Below, piece after piece: positions 17,165 to 25,998 of a DNA stretch of 32,000 nt. Source of the DNA: Brasilonema sennae CENA114 (GTDB lineage Bacteria; Cyanobacteriota; Cyanobacteriia; Cyanobacteriales; Nostocaceae); the NCBI RefSeq assembly GCF_006968745.1, contig NZ_CP030118.1, positions 4,274,399 to 4,306,398 on the forward strand. Direction: 5' to 3'. The notes beneath the pieces were generated by a model. It saw nothing but the letters and a program-made list of their open reading frames with translations. It was not told the origin of the DNA and made no database searches. Numbering within the stretch: position 1 is the stretch's first letter; every line of letters begins with the position of its first letter. The position numbers and the translations under genes were made by a program.

Positions 17165-17932
17165 ATGAATCGAGTCCAAGATAAAGTTGCAATTGTTACA
17201 GGCGCAGCACGAGGTATTGGTGGAGCAACAGCTCTACTTTTAGCAAAAGAAGGAGCCAAGGTTGCTGTCACAGATATTCTTGCGGATGAAGGTAAAACAT
17301 TAGTACAAGAAATTCATAGTCATGGCTCAGAAGCTGATTACTGGCATTTAGACGTTTCCCAGGAAACTCAGGTCAAGCAAGTATTTGCTGAAGTTTACCG
17401 CAAGTGGGGAAAAATCGATATTTTAGTCAATAATGCCGGAATCGCTGGTATCAATAAACCCACTCATGAGATTTCTGAAGAAGAATGGAACACAGTGATG
17501 GCAATTAATACAAATGGGGTTTTTCTTTGTACTAAACACGCGATCGCTTATATGCTAAACACTGGTGGTGGTAGCATTATCAATCTGTCCTCAATTGCCG
17601 GGCTGGTTGGTTCACGTGGTTATCCACCCTATCATGCAGCTAAAGGTGCAGTACGTTTGATGACTAAAGCGAATGCAATACAATATGCAAAAAATAATAT
17701 TCGCTTTAATTCTATTCATCCCGGCTTAATTTGGACAGCGATAGTAGAAGAACCTTTAAAAAAAACAGAAAACCCCACAGAAGTTTTGAAAGACTACGAA
17801 AAGCGAATCCCCGCAGGACGTCTAGGCAAACCAGATGATATTGCTTATGGAATACTTTACCTGGCTTCTGATGAGTCAAAGTATATGACAGGAGCGGAAT
17901 TAGTCATTGATGGTGGCTATACAGCCCAGTAG
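17165..17932 (+). CDS. classical short-chain dehydrogenase/reductase (SDR family)
   Basis: Cofactor motif TGAARGIGG, then NNAG, and the catalytic Ser...YHAAK triad. 255 aa. Confidence 0.9.
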   Translation: MNRVQDKVAIVTGAARGIGGATALLLAKEGAKVAVTDILADEGKTLVQEIHSHGSEADYWHLDVSQETQVKQVFAEVYRKWGKIDILVNNAGIAGINKPTHEISEEEWNTVMAINTNGVFLCTKHAIAYMLNTGGGSIINLSSIAGLVGSRGYPPYHAAKGAVRLMTKANAIQYAKNNIRFNSIHPGLIWTAIVEEPLKKTENPTEVLKDYEKRIPAGRLGKPDDIAYGILYLASDESKYMTGAELVIDGGYTAQ

Positions 17933-17990
17933 TAACAAGTTGGTATGAAAAAGCAGGCGTTGCTGTGCATAATTTCATTCATGAAAGCAA

Positions 17991-19616
17991 TTGGCTACGG
18001 TAGAGTTACCCTTAACGCCAGCACAATCCATTGTCAATAAAATTGCCAAGAATATGAAGTCCGGCACAAGTTTCCAGGATAAAGTTCATTCTGAGTATGA
18101 CTACATTGTTATTGGTGCAGGTTCGGCCGGCTGCGTTGTTGCCAACCGAATGTCACAAAACAGCGACACAACCGTGTTACTCCTTGAAGCAGGCAACCCG
18201 GATACGAAACCGGAGATTCATATTCCGGCAGAAGTCGGCAGTCTACAAGGCTCCGAGGTGGACTGGGGCTATATCTCAGAACCAGAGCCGTACTTGAATC
18301 ATCGCAAAATGTTTTGTCCCCGTGGCAAAGTTTTGGGCGGCAGCAGTTCAATTAATCTCATGATTTATATCCGGGGCAATCCTCACGATTATGACCACTG
18401 GGAATCGCTAGGAAATCCCGGCTGGTCGTACCAGCACGTTTTACCCTATTTTAAGAAATCTGAGAACCAGCAACGCGGTGCCGATGCTTACCACGGGGTT
18501 GATGGTGAGTTGAGCGTCACTGATTTGATTTCCCCTGGTGTAGTATCCCAACGCTTTGTCGATGCCTGTGTGGAACTGGGGTATGACCACAATCCTGATT
18601 TCAACGGGATGCAGCAGTCAGGGGCCGGACTCTATCAGTCAACAATCAAAGATGGTAAACGGCACAGTACCGCCGCTGCCTTCCTGGTGCCGATTCGCCA
18701 GCGTCCTAATTTGACGATAACGACAGGCGCGTTGGTGACTCGCTTGTTGTTTGAGGGAACCAGCGCTGTTGGAGTGGAATATCTGCACGAGGGAATGCTG
18801 CATCAGGTCAGGGTTAACCAGGAAGTCATTTTAAGTGCGGGCGCGTTCGATTCACCCAAGCTGCTGCTGCTTTCCGGCATTGGCGATGCAGAATACCTGC
18901 AAGGGCTGGGAATTTCTGTCGTGGCTGATTTGCCAGGGGTCGGTCAAAACCTGCAAGACCACCTTATCGTTCCGGTAGCCCAACAGACGACTCAAGAAAT
19001 ACACCCTGCCATCACCAGCAATGTGTCTGAAGCCGGACTGTTCTTCCATAGCGAGGGCAACCTGGAGGCTCCACCCGATGTCCAGTTCTTCTTCGGTCCT
19101 GATATATTTGTACCGCCTGGCTATGACCGTCCTGATTGGGGATTCACGGGTGTAGTCTCTTTGACTCATTTCCAAAACATTGGCAGTGTCAGTTTGCGCT
19201 CATCTGACCCCAAAGACCCTCCAGTCATACGGATGAACTATCTGCAAAGTGAAGCTGATGTGCGAAAGCTCGTTGCTGGGATTCGATTAATGCGGCAATT
19301 GTTTCAGTCCCGTGCTTTTGATGAGTTTGGCGGTAAGGAAGTTGCTCCGGGTGCTGGTGTTCAGAACGATGCAGCACTGGAAGCCTACATCCGGGAAACT
19401 TGCAGTACGGGACATCATCAGACTGGCACTTGCAAAATGGGCACTGACCCAATGGCAGTGGTAGACTCCGAACTGCGAGTACATGGGGTTAAGGGATTGC
19501 GGGTTGCGGATGCATCGATCATGCCAACTCTGGTCAGGGGCAACACAAACGCGCCCATCATTATGATTGGCGAAAAAGCAGCTGATTTCATTAAAGCCGC
19601 AGGTGGCATTTCATAG
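17991..19616 (+). CDS. GMC-family FAD oxidoreductase (choline/alcohol dehydrogenase-like, AlkJ/HOTHEAD type)
   Basis: FAD fold DYIVIGAGSAGCVVANRMS, a GMC signature region GKVLGGSSSINLMIY, and a C-terminal His/Asn active-site region (HQTGTCKMG ... ADASIMP). The start is uncertain: TTG at 17991 or ATG at 18054. Confidence 0.88.
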   Translation: MATVELPLTPAQSIVNKIAKNMKSGTSFQDKVHSEYDYIVIGAGSAGCVVANRMSQNSDTTVLLLEAGNPDTKPEIHIPAEVGSLQGSEVDWGYISEPEPYLNHRKMFCPRGKVLGGSSSINLMIYIRGNPHDYDHWESLGNPGWSYQHVLPYFKKSENQQRGADAYHGVDGELSVTDLISPGVVSQRFVDACVELGYDHNPDFNGMQQSGAGLYQSTIKDGKRHSTAAAFLVPIRQRPNLTITTGALVTRLLFEGTSAVGVEYLHEGMLHQVRVNQEVILSAGAFDSPKLLLLSGIGDAEYLQGLGISVVADLPGVGQNLQDHLIVPVAQQTTQEIHPAITSNVSEAGLFFHSEGNLEAPPDVQFFFGPDIFVPPGYDRPDWGFTGVVSLTHFQNIGSVSLRSSDPKDPPVIRMNYLQSEADVRKLVAGIRLMRQLFQSRAFDEFGGKEVAPGAGVQNDAALEAYIRETCSTGHHQTGTCKMGTDPMAVVDSELRVHGVKGLRVADASIMPTLVRGNTNAPIIMIGEKAADFIKAAGGIS

Positions 19617-19702
19617 CAAGCACTGCATAAACTTGAGCAAGCATCACTGGAATAAACAATTTCAGCTTTACCGAAATGTACCTTTGTATCTTAAGAGAAA
19701 TT

Positions 19703-19780
19703 GATATCGATTGGGTGGCAAATTTTCGGCGATCGCCTTCTAGTATGGTAACAGCGATAAGTTTTTGACATTGAAGTAGG
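19703..19780 (+). pseudogene. relic copy of the 3' end of the TPR gene (homologous to 16842-16923)
   Basis: Hand alignment gives roughly 80% identity with one 4-nt gap. The relic gatatcgattgggtggcaaattttcggcgatcgccttctagtatggtaacagcgataagtttttgacattgaagtagg aligns with gatatcgactgggtgacgaatgttcggcgatggcctcctagtatggtgacggctttggataaatttttgacactcaagtaag. Confidence 0.8.
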
Positions 19781-19787
19781 GGCATTT

Positions 19788-21176
19788 ATGATCAAATTAC
19801 CTGATGGACCAAAAACTCCGCCTTGGTTGCAGCTATTACAGTGGATTGCTGACCCTTTAGGTTATATGGAAACGTCTTTCCAACGCTACGGAGATTTCTT
19901 CACCGCCCGTTGGGGAAATCTTTACCCCAAAGCGGTGTTCATCAGTAATCCGCAAGCAATTCAAGAAATTTTCACCGCTGATCCTAAACTGTTTGACTCT
20001 GGTCGAGGGAATGGGCTGGGAAAAGTCGTCGTAGGAGAACACTCTATACTTTTGTTGGATGGATCTAGCCACCAGCGTCGGCGACGCCTTTTAACCCCCC
20101 CTTTTCATGGTGAACGGATGCAAGCATATGGCGATTTGATTTGCACCCTCGCCAAACAAGTCAGCAGTCAGTGGACAATAGGCAAGCCCTTTTCTGTCCG
20201 GAAATCCATGCAAGAAATTAGTTTGCGCGTCATCTTGCAAGCTGTTTTTGGTCTCAATGAAGGACCGCGTTATGAGGAACTCAGACAACTGCTAGCAGAA
20301 ATGATGGATATGACAGTCTCTCCTTTGCGGGCGTCTATGCTGTTCTTTAAGTTCTTGCAAAAGGATTTAGGGGCTTGGAGTCCGTGGGGAAGCTTTCGGC
20401 GTCGCCAGCAGCAAATTGATCGGCTACTCTACGCCGAAATTCAAGACAGGCGTAGACAAAACGACCTTGAACGCAGTGACATCCTCTCCTTAATGATTTC
20501 AGCTCGCGATGAGCAGGATCAGCAGATGACAGATGAAGAGTTGCACGATGAACTCATAACTCTGCTGTTAGCTGGTCACGAAACAACAGCCAGTTCTTTA
20601 TGCTGGGCTTTATACTGGATTCACTATCAGCCCCAGGTACGGGACAAGCTACTGCAAGAACTCAATAGCCTTGGTGCAGATCCAGACCCCACAGACATTG
20701 TTCGTCTGCCATATCTGACTGCTGTGTGTCAAGAAACACTGCGTATTTATCCGCCATTATTCTTGACTTGGCCCCGGATTTTGAAAGCTCCTTTAAAGCT
20801 GGGAGACTATCACTTTGATACTGATACCGTACTGCTTCCTTGTATTTATCTGACTCACCAACGAGAGGATCTTTATCCAGAACCAAAACAGTTTAAACCG
20901 GAACGATTTTTAAAGCGGCAATACTCTCCATTTGAGTTTTTTGTTTTTGGTGGAAGCAATCGTCGCTGTGTTGGTGCGGCATTGGCTATGTTTGAAATGA
21001 AACTGGTAGTGGCGACAATCGTATCAAATTATCAATTAGCGCTGACTGATAGCCAACCAGTGAAACCACAGCGCCGAGGTTTCTTTCTCGCCCCTGCGGC
21101 TGGGTTCAAGATGATGATAACGGGCAGGCGCGTGCGTCAAGAGCAACCTAGTCAGCCTGTTGGCAGTTCAATTTAG
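19788..21176 (+). CDS. cytochrome P450, CYP110-like (P450-A)
   Basis: Heme loop FGGSNRRCVGAALA, I-helix AGHETT, ExxR (ETLR), and an N-terminus LPDGPKTPPWLQLLQWIADPLGYME that I recall as typical of cyanobacterial CYP110 proteins. Confidence 0.92.
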   Translation: MIKLPDGPKTPPWLQLLQWIADPLGYMETSFQRYGDFFTARWGNLYPKAVFISNPQAIQEIFTADPKLFDSGRGNGLGKVVVGEHSILLLDGSSHQRRRRLLTPPFHGERMQAYGDLICTLAKQVSSQWTIGKPFSVRKSMQEISLRVILQAVFGLNEGPRYEELRQLLAEMMDMTVSPLRASMLFFKFLQKDLGAWSPWGSFRRRQQQIDRLLYAEIQDRRRQNDLERSDILSLMISARDEQDQQMTDEELHDELITLLLAGHETTASSLCWALYWIHYQPQVRDKLLQELNSLGADPDPTDIVRLPYLTAVCQETLRIYPPLFLTWPRILKAPLKLGDYHFDTDTVLLPCIYLTHQREDLYPEPKQFKPERFLKRQYSPFEFFVFGGSNRRCVGAALAMFEMKLVVATIVSNYQLALTDSQPVKPQRRGFFLAPAAGFKMMITGRRVRQEQPSQPVGSSI

Positions 21177-21255
21177 CACTCAACTAGAGCTAGTGTGGAG
21201 TATGCGCTGATTTTGAGGACGCATCCCCACTACCATCCGCACACCCTCTGCTGGT
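21177..21255 (-). pseudogene. relic of the 3' end of a minus-strand P450 gene
   Basis: cactcaactagagctagtgtggagtatgcgctgattttgaggacgcatccccactaccatccgcacaccctctgctggt aligns by eye (about 75%) with the last ~80 nt of P450-C (25999..) and P450-B (24506..). It includes the position of their stop codon. Confidence 0.7.
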
Positions 21256-21356
21256 TTGAGAAAATGGCAAGAGGCGATCGCCGTGGGTGGCAAATATTCG
21301 CCGAGCGTCTCCTAGTATGATAACAGCTTTGGATAAGTTTTTAACACTTAAGTAGG
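21250..21356 (+). pseudogene. second relic of the TPR gene with an internal deletion (16566-16599 fused to 16851-16923)
   Basis: gctggtttgagaaaatggcaagaggcgatcgccg matches 16566-16599. The adjoining tgggtggcaaatattcgccgagcgtctcctagtatgataacagctttggataagtttttaacacttaagtagg matches 16851-16923. It shares derived bases with the 19703 copy. Confidence 0.8.
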
Positions 21357-21377
21357 TTGGGCAGAATATAAGAATGT

Positions 21378-21413
21378 GGGGCTGGATATATACGAATATC
21401 CTCATCCAGTCCC
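21378..21413. terminator. imperfect hairpin between the convergent operons (possible bidirectional terminator)
   Basis: ggggctggat ... atccagtccc, with one mismatch. It lies between the TPR relic and the 3' end of the FAAL-ACP-TE gene. Confidence 0.3.
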
Positions 21414-21435
21414 TAAAACTTTTATTGTCGGATTA

Positions 21436-24411
21436 CTAGGAAGCAGGAACTTCATTTGCAAGCACATGAGCCTGTGCCCTTTCGAGACTGACTCTTAGCC
21501 GTTCGGCTAGAATCTGGACGTGGGGTTCAACCATCATCGTTACATGGTCGCCCGGAACGAAATGGATGTCCACTGCTTCGATAGAAAGCTGGCTCCAGCC
21601 GAAAGTCGAATCTCTAAGAACCTCATCAGAAAGCCAAGTAGCAGCATCCCAAGGATGAACCTCGTTGGCTCGGAAGAAAGCAATTCGAGTCGGATAGACC
21701 TCCTGTGGCATATAATTAGCCATAGCTTGAAGGTTAGCCTTGAGAACTTTCACTAAGCCACGCACTTGTTTTGTCCCTGCCTCAGAAGGCAGCACATTAA
21801 CTATTTTCAACTGCTCCACTACATAATTCACTTGCTCGTCTGGAGCAAGGAGAGCGAGGTCATTGTACGATACCTCCAGTTTTTTTCCTAGCAGGCGTCC
21901 AAATAAACTGGCAAGCTCAACCATGCATTGAATATCATCCCAATCAACACGTATCGGCTGATTGGGAAGTGGTGCTGGGATGTCTAAAACTGCAAGTAAA
22001 GCTACCTGATGCCCAGATGAAAGCAACTGCTGAGATATCTCGAACGCCACCTTACCACCGAAGGAATGACCTCCGAGAAAGTATGGTCCCTGCGGCTGAA
22101 TGCTTTGTAATGCTTCGATGTAGTGAGCAGCTATTTCCTCAATTTTTGTGTAAGGCTGTGCTTCATCATCAAGTCCAAGTGCTTGCAGACCGTAAAAAGG
22201 TTGGTCTTGACCGAGGTGAAGTGCTAAAGTATGCAAATAGAATGTAGTTCCTACACTCCCAGGCACGCAGAAGAAAGGAGGTTTTGAACCGCCCGACTGA
22301 ATCGCCACTAAAGCAGAATAAGACAAAGCTTCTGGCTTATCATCTTGAGGTAATTCTGCCTGAGAGCTTTCGGAAGGCTCTGAGGAAAGCACTTTTTTTA
22401 CCAGATAATCAACAAGCGCTTCCACAGTTGGATAGTCAAATATCACCGTTGAACCAAGGGAGCATCCTAGGCTCTGTTCGAGAAGATTTGTCAGTTCAAT
22501 CACCATGAGTGAGTCGAGTCCCATACTGGTTAAAGGCTGCTGCCAGTCTAACTGGGATGGATCTACTGTCAGAATCTTCGAGATCAGATTCTGAAGATGA
22601 GATTTCAGCAACCCCTGACGCTTTTCTGGTGAAGTGTCCAACAGCGCTTTTCGCTCTGGGAAGACTTGTCTTTCGATAACATTAAATTCTTTGTGGATGC
22701 TGCTAGCCACCACATCCAAGCTACCATCCAAAAACCCCACCCGACAAGCATGGCGCTGAATCTTATTACTGCCAGTCTTTGGAATACTCCCTGTATTTAG
22801 CAGCAGGACAGCATAAACTTGTAAATCATGCTGCTGCGACACCGCTTGACGGATGGCTGCAACTACCTGATCCACATTCAGCTTTTCTAGATAAGTCTGT
22901 TTAACTTCACAAGCAATAACTAATCGCTCCTCACTCTCCACTTCCACTGAAAATGCTGCACTACAGCTAGGTTGGAGTGCGGGATGGCTTTTTTCTACGG
23001 TAAACTCAATATCTTGAGGATAATGGTTACGACCCCGAATAATGATTAGGTCTTTAAGACGACCCGTAACAAACAACTCTTTATCAAGCAAAAATCCCAA
23101 ATCGCCAGTACGCAAAAATGGTCCTTCATTGGTATCTGCTAAGTAACCGTGAAAGGTTTCCTTGGTTGCGTCAGGTCGATTCCAGTAACCTTGAGCAACA
23201 CTCGGACTTGACACCCAAATCTCTCCCACTTCTTCGGGTGGACATTGGATTAAGGATTCAGGGTTAACGATCAGGATTTTCTGGTCCAACCAAGTGCGAC
23301 CACAACCCACGATTTTTTGGGTACTTTCGCTTTCACCAACCGCTACGACAACTCGGTTTTGCTCAAATGCTGCCTTCTCAATGTTTTGGATTACAGCTGG
23401 CTGTTTTTTTAAACCCAAAGAAATACCGACAACGCTCTCAGCCATACCGTAGCCGGGATTAAATGCCTCTCGGCGAAAGCCACACTGAGTAAAGGTGGCG
23501 ACAAACCGCTCAATAGTTTCTGCACGAACTGGTTCAGCACCGCTAACAGCCAATTCCCAACTGCTCAAGTCAAGCATTGCCCGTTGTTCGGCAGTTGTCT
23601 GGAAACAAGCCATGTCATAAGCAAAATTGGGGGCAAGGCTTTGAGTCGCTTTGTAACGGGAAATCGCCATTAGCCAGCGCAAAGGCTTTTGTAGGAAGTC
23701 CAGTGGCGACATGATCGTAACTGGGAAATCACTGTAAACAGGCTGTATAACTCCAACGATTAACCCTGTATTGTGACCGAATGGCAACCAAGTCACCGTC
23801 CGGCTATTGGAGGTCAACTCTCCTGACTTATGGCTCATAGCCAAATTGTGCATCAAATTGCTATGAGCGATCATCACCCCCTTCGGTGTCCCCGTAGATC
23901 CAGAAGTGTATTGGAGAAAAGCCAGGGTATCGCTGCTGAGTGTCGGTTTTTGCCAGTCTGCTCCCAGGTCACTGGCAATATTATCAGTAGCTAACAAATG
24001 CATCCTTCTTGCCAATTCTGGATTTTCGTCAAAGCGGCTTTCTAAATATACTAATAGAGAAGAAGTTGTGAAAGCTACTTTTACTTCCGCATCTGTGGCG
24101 ATCGCTTCGAGTCTGGAAAGTGACTGATTGGGGCGGGGTGGATACGCGGGAATAGCGATCGCCCCAGCATACAAACACCCAAAGAAACCGGCAATGAATT
24201 CCAGACCAGGTGGGTACAGTAACAACACTCGTTCGCCTGTAGCATTTATGGACTGAAGATAGGCGGCGATCGCCCGTGCTTGTAGTTCTAATTCCTGATA
24301 AGTCAGACTGCTGCTTATTGTTTCACCATCTTGGAGAAAAGTATAAGTTTTTTGGTCAGGCTGATTTTGCGAGCGATAGTGCAGCAAGTCTACTAAATTA
24401 GAAAATTTCAT
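21436..24411 (-). CDS. tridomain fatty acyl-AMP ligase (FAAL) - acyl carrier protein - type I thioesterase
   Basis: Adenylation core YTSGSTGTPKG (aa 168-178) in a FAAL-like N-terminal context (QKTYTFLQDGE...LTYQEL). Phosphopantetheine site MGLDSL with Ser634 (codon 22510-22512). Thioesterase GHSFGG with Ser783 and a C-terminal GDH motif (aa 954-956). There is no KS, AT, C or R domain. Confidence 0.9.
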   Translation of the reverse strand: MKFSNLVDLLHYRSQNQPDQKTYTFLQDGETISSSLTYQELELQARAIAAYLQSINATGERVLLLYPPGLEFIAGFFGCLYAGAIAIPAYPPRPNQSLSRLEAIATDAEVKVAFTTSSLLVYLESRFDENPELARRMHLLATDNIASDLGADWQKPTLSSDTLAFLQYTSGSTGTPKGVMIAHSNLMHNLAMSHKSGELTSNSRTVTWLPFGHNTGLIVGVIQPVYSDFPVTIMSPLDFLQKPLRWLMAISRYKATQSLAPNFAYDMACFQTTAEQRAMLDLSSWELAVSGAEPVRAETIERFVATFTQCGFRREAFNPGYGMAESVVGISLGLKKQPAVIQNIEKAAFEQNRVVVAVGESESTQKIVGCGRTWLDQKILIVNPESLIQCPPEEVGEIWVSSPSVAQGYWNRPDATKETFHGYLADTNEGPFLRTGDLGFLLDKELFVTGRLKDLIIIRGRNHYPQDIEFTVEKSHPALQPSCSAAFSVEVESEERLVIACEVKQTYLEKLNVDQVVAAIRQAVSQQHDLQVYAVLLLNTGSIPKTGSNKIQRHACRVGFLDGSLDVVASSIHKEFNVIERQVFPERKALLDTSPEKRQGLLKSHLQNLISKILTVDPSQLDWQQPLTSMGLDSLMVIELTNLLEQSLGCSLGSTVIFDYPTVEALVDYLVKKVLSSEPSESSQAELPQDDKPEALSYSALVAIQSGGSKPPFFCVPGSVGTTFYLHTLALHLGQDQPFYGLQALGLDDEAQPYTKIEEIAAHYIEALQSIQPQGPYFLGGHSFGGKVAFEISQQLLSSGHQVALLAVLDIPAPLPNQPIRVDWDDIQCMVELASLFGRLLGKKLEVSYNDLALLAPDEQVNYVVEQLKIVNVLPSEAGTKQVRGLVKVLKANLQAMANYMPQEVYPTRIAFFRANEVHPWDAATWLSDEVLRDSTFGWSQLSIEAVDIHFVPGDHVTMMVEPHVQILAERLRVSLERAQAHVLANEVPAS

Positions 24412-24505
24412 CGCTATTTGCCGTCTCCTTAAAATATCAAATTTTCACTGATTCTATGGATGCGCTTGTCTCTGCTTGAGCCATCCCAGCCCAAACTATC
24501 AATCT

Positions 24506-25900
24506 TCAAACTGAACTAGAAGTAGTCTCCAAAATACGCTCATTTTGAGAGCGCCTCCCCGTTACCACCATCCGCACACCCCCTTCTGGTCCTGACAGAA
24601 GTCCCTTACGTACTGGCTGCACTGGTTTGCTATCAGCGAGTTCCATCTGAACGCGCGACAAAACTGTCGCCAAAACCAGTTTCATCTCAAATAAGGCAAA
24701 TGCCATACCAATACAGCGACGGTTACCGCCACCGAAGGGTAAATACTCAGAAGGAGCAAATTGATGTTCCAGAAAACGCTCAGGTTTAAACTGCTTTGGA
24801 TTGGGATATAAATCTTCGCGATGATGGGTTAGATAAATAGATGGAATCAGCAGAGTACCAGGCTCTAACTGATAGCCCATGATGTCTAGCGGTGATTTCA
24901 CCAGTCGATTTAATGCCGTCGAAACTACTGGGTAAAGACGTAGTGTTTCAGAACAAACTGCATTTAAATAAGGTGATCGCAAAATAGCATTCGTATCAGG
25001 ATTTTCACTTAAGCGATCCAACTCTTGCAGCAGTTTTTTATGCACCTCTGGCAGACGGTGAATCCAATATAATGCCCAAGCTAAGGAAGTTGCTGTTGTC
25101 TCGTGACCTGCGAACAAGAGCGTCATCAACTCATCGCGCAACTCTACATCTGTCATCGGCTGACCTTGTTCATCACGAGCAGATATCATCAAAGACAGGA
25201 TATCAGTCCGAGATGTATCCAGTTGCTCTTTGCGTTCCCGAATTTCAGCGTAGATGAGTTCATCCATTTGCTGCTGTTGCCGCATCAAGCGCCCCCACGG
25301 ACTCCAAGGACCTAAATCTCGTTGCAGTGACGGCAAAAAAAGCAGGATTGCTCTCAAAAGAGGTCTGCTCGGATTTAACCTCTCTATGAGGAGTTCCTTT
25401 AATTTTTCATAACGGGGGTTATCCTGGAGACCAAAGACTGCTTTTAAAATCACTTGGAAGGAAATTGCTTGCATGGACGGTAGGACAGAAAAGGGTTCGC
25501 CGACCTGCCACTGACTCGTCACTTGCTTAGTAATATCGGTGATTAGCTCACCATAAGCTAACATCCTTTCTCCATGAAAGGGGGGTGTCAACAATTTTCG
25601 TTGTCGCCGGTGAGGCTTGCCTTCTAGCGCCAGCATTGATTGCTGCCCCAATAAAGGTGATTTAATACCCGCTGGTTCACCCGAGTCCAATAGTTTTGGG
25701 TCAGTGGTAAAAATCTGTTGAATCGCTTGGGGGTTACTTATAAATACTTGTGGCTTAAAAACTGGACCAATCCTGAGAGTGAAGATATCACCATAGCGTT
25801 GAGTACAAGCTTCCATGTATTCTAAGGGGTTAGTCAGCCATTGAAGCGTCTGTATCAAAGGGTGAGTTTGAGGACCGTCAGGCAGTTGAAGAGTAGGCAT
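24506..25900 (-). CDS. cytochrome P450, CYP110-like (P450-B), tandem paralogue
   Basis: Heme loop FGGGNRRCIGMAFA, AGHETT and ETLR. It lies 94 nt upstream of the FAAL-ACP-TE gene on the same strand. Confidence 0.92.
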   Translation of the reverse strand: MPTLQLPDGPQTHPLIQTLQWLTNPLEYMEACTQRYGDIFTLRIGPVFKPQVFISNPQAIQQIFTTDPKLLDSGEPAGIKSPLLGQQSMLALEGKPHRRQRKLLTPPFHGERMLAYGELITDITKQVTSQWQVGEPFSVLPSMQAISFQVILKAVFGLQDNPRYEKLKELLIERLNPSRPLLRAILLFLPSLQRDLGPWSPWGRLMRQQQQMDELIYAEIRERKEQLDTSRTDILSLMISARDEQGQPMTDVELRDELMTLLFAGHETTATSLAWALYWIHRLPEVHKKLLQELDRLSENPDTNAILRSPYLNAVCSETLRLYPVVSTALNRLVKSPLDIMGYQLEPGTLLIPSIYLTHHREDLYPNPKQFKPERFLEHQFAPSEYLPFGGGNRRCIGMAFALFEMKLVLATVLSRVQMELADSKPVQPVRKGLLSGPEGGVRMVVTGRRSQNERILETTSSSV

Positions 25901-25998
25901 TTTTGGTACTTCCTGATACTAAATAATCATTTAATCCATAAATAGCTCGAAGTTTAACGGATTCCACGAAATTCCCGCAACCAATGCGGTGGGATACT

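Noticed and set aside
19591-19785. 64-aa minus-strand ORF, and likewise 21190..21405 (71 aa)
   Set aside because: Both lie across the relic copies of the TPR gene end and the P450 relic, on the wrong strand relative to the homology. They are most likely non-coding.
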